Shown: piece after piece, positions 61,137 to 64,000 of the stretch | How positions within the stretch are numbered: the stretch's first letter is position 1 | How the letters are laid out: each line of letters begins with the position of its first letter | DNA from: Cladosporium halotolerans | Taxonomy: Eukaryota | NCBI RefSeq assembly: GCF_011745625.1 | Contig: NW_027191457.1 | Location: forward strand, 930,001-994,000 | DNA length: 64,000 bases | Reading direction: 5' to 3' | The notes under the pieces: model-generated | What the model saw: the letters and a program-made list of their open reading frames with translations, nothing else | Databases searched by the model: none | What the model was told of the DNA's origin: nothing | Made by a program: the position numbers and the translations under genes

Positions 61137-64000
61137 ATGTCGGGGAGGCCGGAACGCCCGCAACGACCTGGCCATGACGACCTGCTCGGACTTGACGACA
61201 ATAACGACGCTTTGTACAGTAGTGGACAACCGCCGCCTGTAGGAGATCAGGACCTTTTGCACGAATACAACATTTCGAACTCGAGCACCGCCCCGCCGCG
61301 CGTCTCGACATCTCACGATGACTTTGTCGGAGCCAGCTCGACATCTGGCCTGCCGGGCGGGCCAGGACATGCGACTTCAGGCTCCGGGTCAAGTCTGCAG
61401 CCGCCCATGCTGGGGTCGGGAGGGAGGAAGTTCTCGCAGACTTCGGAGCTGAACAATTACCAGCGGTATTCTGACTTCGACGACAATATCAGCGATTCAA
61501 ATTCCGTTTCTGGAGGATATTATGCGGCAGGTGGAGGGATTGATGAGGACAATGTGCCGGGCCTTCCGCTGAACAACAGGGGCAAGCACAGGAGCCGGAA
61601 TAGCATTCTGAGTCTTGGTGGTGGCATGGTTGGAAAGATGAAGAACACGCTTGGTATGGGACCGCAGTACAGCGAGATGGATCTGCCGCTTACGGAGCAA
61701 AATGCTGCCGACCATCGTGCTGGTAACGCTGGAAGCGGTGGAGTGGATACTGTGAACGACCTCACATCTGGACAACCACAAACGCGAACAACACCAGGCT
61801 CGAAGTTCAAGTTCGGCCGAAGCAAAGTCGACCCAGCTACTCTTGGCCCTCGTATCATACACCTCAACAACCCGCCCGCGAATGCGACGACGAAATACGT
61901 TGACAATCACGTCAGCACAACCAAATATAACATCGTCACGTTCTTGCCGAAATTCCTCTACGAGCAGTTCAGCAAGTATGCCAACTTGTTCTTCTTGTTC
62001 ACAGCGATCATCCAGCAGATCCCCAATCTCAGTCCTACAAATCGATACACCACCATTGTACCTCTAGGAATCGTGTTGCTTGTGTCAGCACTCAAGGAAA
62101 TCGTCGAGGACAACCGAAGGAGAAGCCAGGACCGGCAACTGAACAATTCCCCTGCAAGCGTTCTGAGGGGGTCTAGGTTTGAACAGGTCAAATGGATCGA
62201 CGTCAAGGTTGGCGACATCATTCGTGTGGAATCTGAAGAGCCGTTCCCTGCGGACATTGTTCTGCTCGCTTCGTCTGAGCCCGAAGGCCTGTGTTACATC
62301 GAGACCGCTAACCTAGATGGCGAGACTAACTTGAAGATCAAACAAGCCATTCCGGAGACATCGCACCTGGTGTCTTCCGCGGAGCTTAGCCGCCTGGGCG
62401 GACGAGTCCGCTCCGAACAGCCAAACAGCTCCCTGTACACATATGAGGCTACCTTGACAATGCAATCTGGCGGCGGCGAGAAAGAACTCCCCCTTCAGCC
62501 AGACCAGCTTTTACTCCGCGGCGCCACCCTCCGTAACACTCCATGGATTCAGGGCGTCGTTGTCTTCACTGGTCACGAAACGAAGCTCATGCGTAACGCC
62601 ACTGCCACACCCATCAAACGTACCAACGTAGAGCGCACGGTCAACACTCAAATTCTGATGCTCGGCGCTGTGCTCATTATCCTGTCGCTAATCTCATCGG
62701 TGGGCGATATCGTCATTCGCAATACGATCGGCGGAAAGCTATGGTATCTGGAATACGAGAATGTCAACGGTGCTCAGCAATTCTTTGCCGATATCTTCAC
62801 CTACTGGATTCTGTACTCCAACTTGGTTCCAATTTCCCTGTTCGTCACTGTCGAGATCATCAAGTACTATCAAGCATTTTTGATTTCCTCGGACTTGGAC
62901 ATCTACCATGACAAGACTGACACGCCAGCAAATTGCCGAACCTCGTCTCTTGTGGAAGAACTTGGACAGGTCGAATACATCTTTTCCGACAAGACCGGAA
63001 CCCTCACGTGCAATCAAATGGACTTCCGGCAATGTTCGATTGGCGGCATCATGTATGCGGAGGAAGTTCCAGAGGACCGAAGAATCATTGGCGAAGATGA
63101 AAGCGGTACCGGAATCCACGACTTCAAAGCTCTGGAGAAACACAGGCATGGCAGTGATAATGCTGAACGCATTCATCAGTTCAACACACTGCTTGCTGTT
63201 TGCCACACGGTCATCCCGGAGACATCTGCCGAAAAGCCAGGCGTCATCAAATATCAGGCCGCTTCGCCCGATGAGGGTGCTCTAGTCGAAGGTGCAGTCT
63301 TGATGGGCTACAAGTTCGTCGCGCGTAAGCCTCGAGCTGTCACTATCGAAGTTGGCGGGCAGGAATGGGAATACGAGCTTCTTGCTGTCTGCGAGTTCAA
63401 CTCCACCAGGAAGCGTATGAGTACGATCTTCCGCTGCCCCGACGGCAAGATTCGTGTTTACACCAAGGGTGCCGATACTGTGATCCTGGAACGACTGCGC
63501 GTGCATGACGATGTTGTGGAGAAGACACTATTGCATCTCGAAGAGTACGCTGCCGAGGGCCTTCGAACACTCTGTCTTGCTGTCCGCGAAGTCTCTGAGA
63601 GCGAATTCAGGGAATGGTACGACGTGTTTAACACTGCTGCGACCACGGTTTCTGGTAACAGAGCCGACGAACTTGACAAGGCTGCCGAATTGATTGAGCA
63701 CGACTTCACTTTGCTCGGTGCCACTGCCATTGAGGATAAATTGCAGGACGGCGTACCTGACACTATTCACACTCTCCAAACCGCTGGCATCAAGGTATGG
63801 GTGCTTACAGGTGACAGACAAGAGACCGCCATCAACATCGGCATGTCTTGCAAGCTCATCTCCGAAGACATGTCGCTGCTCATTGTCAACGAGGAGTCAG
63901 CCGAAGCCACTCGCAACAATATCCAGAAGAAGCTTGATGCTATTCGATCGCAACACGCAGGCGGCATCGAGATGGAGACCCTTGCACTGGTCATCGACGG
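61137..64000 (+). CDS. DRS2: P4-type ATPase phospholipid flippase, 3' truncated by the window; missing from the ORF track
   Basis: The frame from ATG 61137 reads MSGRPERPQRPGHDDLL...DNHVSTTKYN, NLDGETNLK, SDKTGTLT (Asp at 62988), KGAD, LGATAIEDKLQDGV and WVLTGDRQET. I saw no introns. Confidence 0.95.
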   Translation, partial: MSGRPERPQRPGHDDLLGLDDNNDALYSSGQPPPVGDQDLLHEYNISNSSTAPPRVSTSHDDFVGASSTSGLPGGPGHATSGSGSSLQPPMLGSGGRKFSQTSELNNYQRYSDFDDNISDSNSVSGGYYAAGGGIDEDNVPGLPLNNRGKHRSRNSILSLGGGMVGKMKNTLGMGPQYSEMDLPLTEQNAADHRAGNAGSGGVDTVNDLTSGQPQTRTTPGSKFKFGRSKVDPATLGPRIIHLNNPPANATTKYVDNHVSTTKYNIVTFLPKFLYEQFSKYANLFFLFTAIIQQIPNLSPTNRYTTIVPLGIVLLVSALKEIVEDNRRRSQDRQLNNSPASVLRGSRFEQVKWIDVKVGDIIRVESEEPFPADIVLLASSEPEGLCYIETANLDGETNLKIKQAIPETSHLVSSAELSRLGGRVRSEQPNSSLYTYEATLTMQSGGGEKELPLQPDQLLLRGATLRNTPWIQGVVVFTGHETKLMRNATATPIKRTNVERTVNTQILMLGAVLIILSLISSVGDIVIRNTIGGKLWYLEYENVNGAQQFFADIFTYWILYSNLVPISLFVTVEIIKYYQAFLISSDLDIYHDKTDTPANCRTSSLVEELGQVEYIFSDKTGTLTCNQMDFRQCSIGGIMYAEEVPEDRRIIGEDESGTGIHDFKALEKHRHGSDNAERIHQFNTLLAVCHTVIPETSAEKPGVIKYQAASPDEGALVEGAVLMGYKFVARKPRAVTIEVGGQEWEYELLAVCEFNSTRKRMSTIFRCPDGKIRVYTKGADTVILERLRVHDDVVEKTLLHLEEYAAEGLRTLCLAVREVSESEFREWYDVFNTAATTVSGNRADELDKAAELIEHDFTLLGATAIEDKLQDGVPDTIHTLQTAGIKVWVLTGDRQETAINIGMSCKLISEDMSLLIVNEESAEATRNNIQKKLDAIRSQHAGGIEMETLALVID

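Overview
Gene-dense euchromatic DNA from a filamentous ascomycete. The evidence is short GT-AG introns with CTRAC branch points and fungal housekeeping orthologues; a Dothideomycete origin is only my impression. I can support 23 protein-coding genes: a LURP1/tubby-C protein, a hypothetical Thr-repeat protein, a NiCoT nickel permease, CEM1, a formin-GBD-only protein, two SDRs, a small ZNF706-like protein, ITC1, a GT90, a secreted GH18, PUS1, TFA1, a CLC channel, mitochondrial L7/L12, midasin (about 4,860 aa), PSR1, TCD, an L-type lectin, a Cys-cluster orphan, MGST3, a 92-aa putative mitochondrial membrane microprotein, and DRS2 (runs off the window end). I recognised no tRNA, rRNA, transposon or CRISPR array. 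The most striking unexplained signal is compositional: about 15 GC-rich islands in which the + strand flips from C/A-rich to G/T-rich, visible at synonymous sites and extending into non-coding DNA. Other points of interest are a GH18 with a UBA-like tail, a GC-AG intron and micro-exons in ITC1, stop-free 3n introns, and a 2.4-kb non-coding region between MDN1 and PSR1. All product calls come from motif recognition by eye, not database searches.
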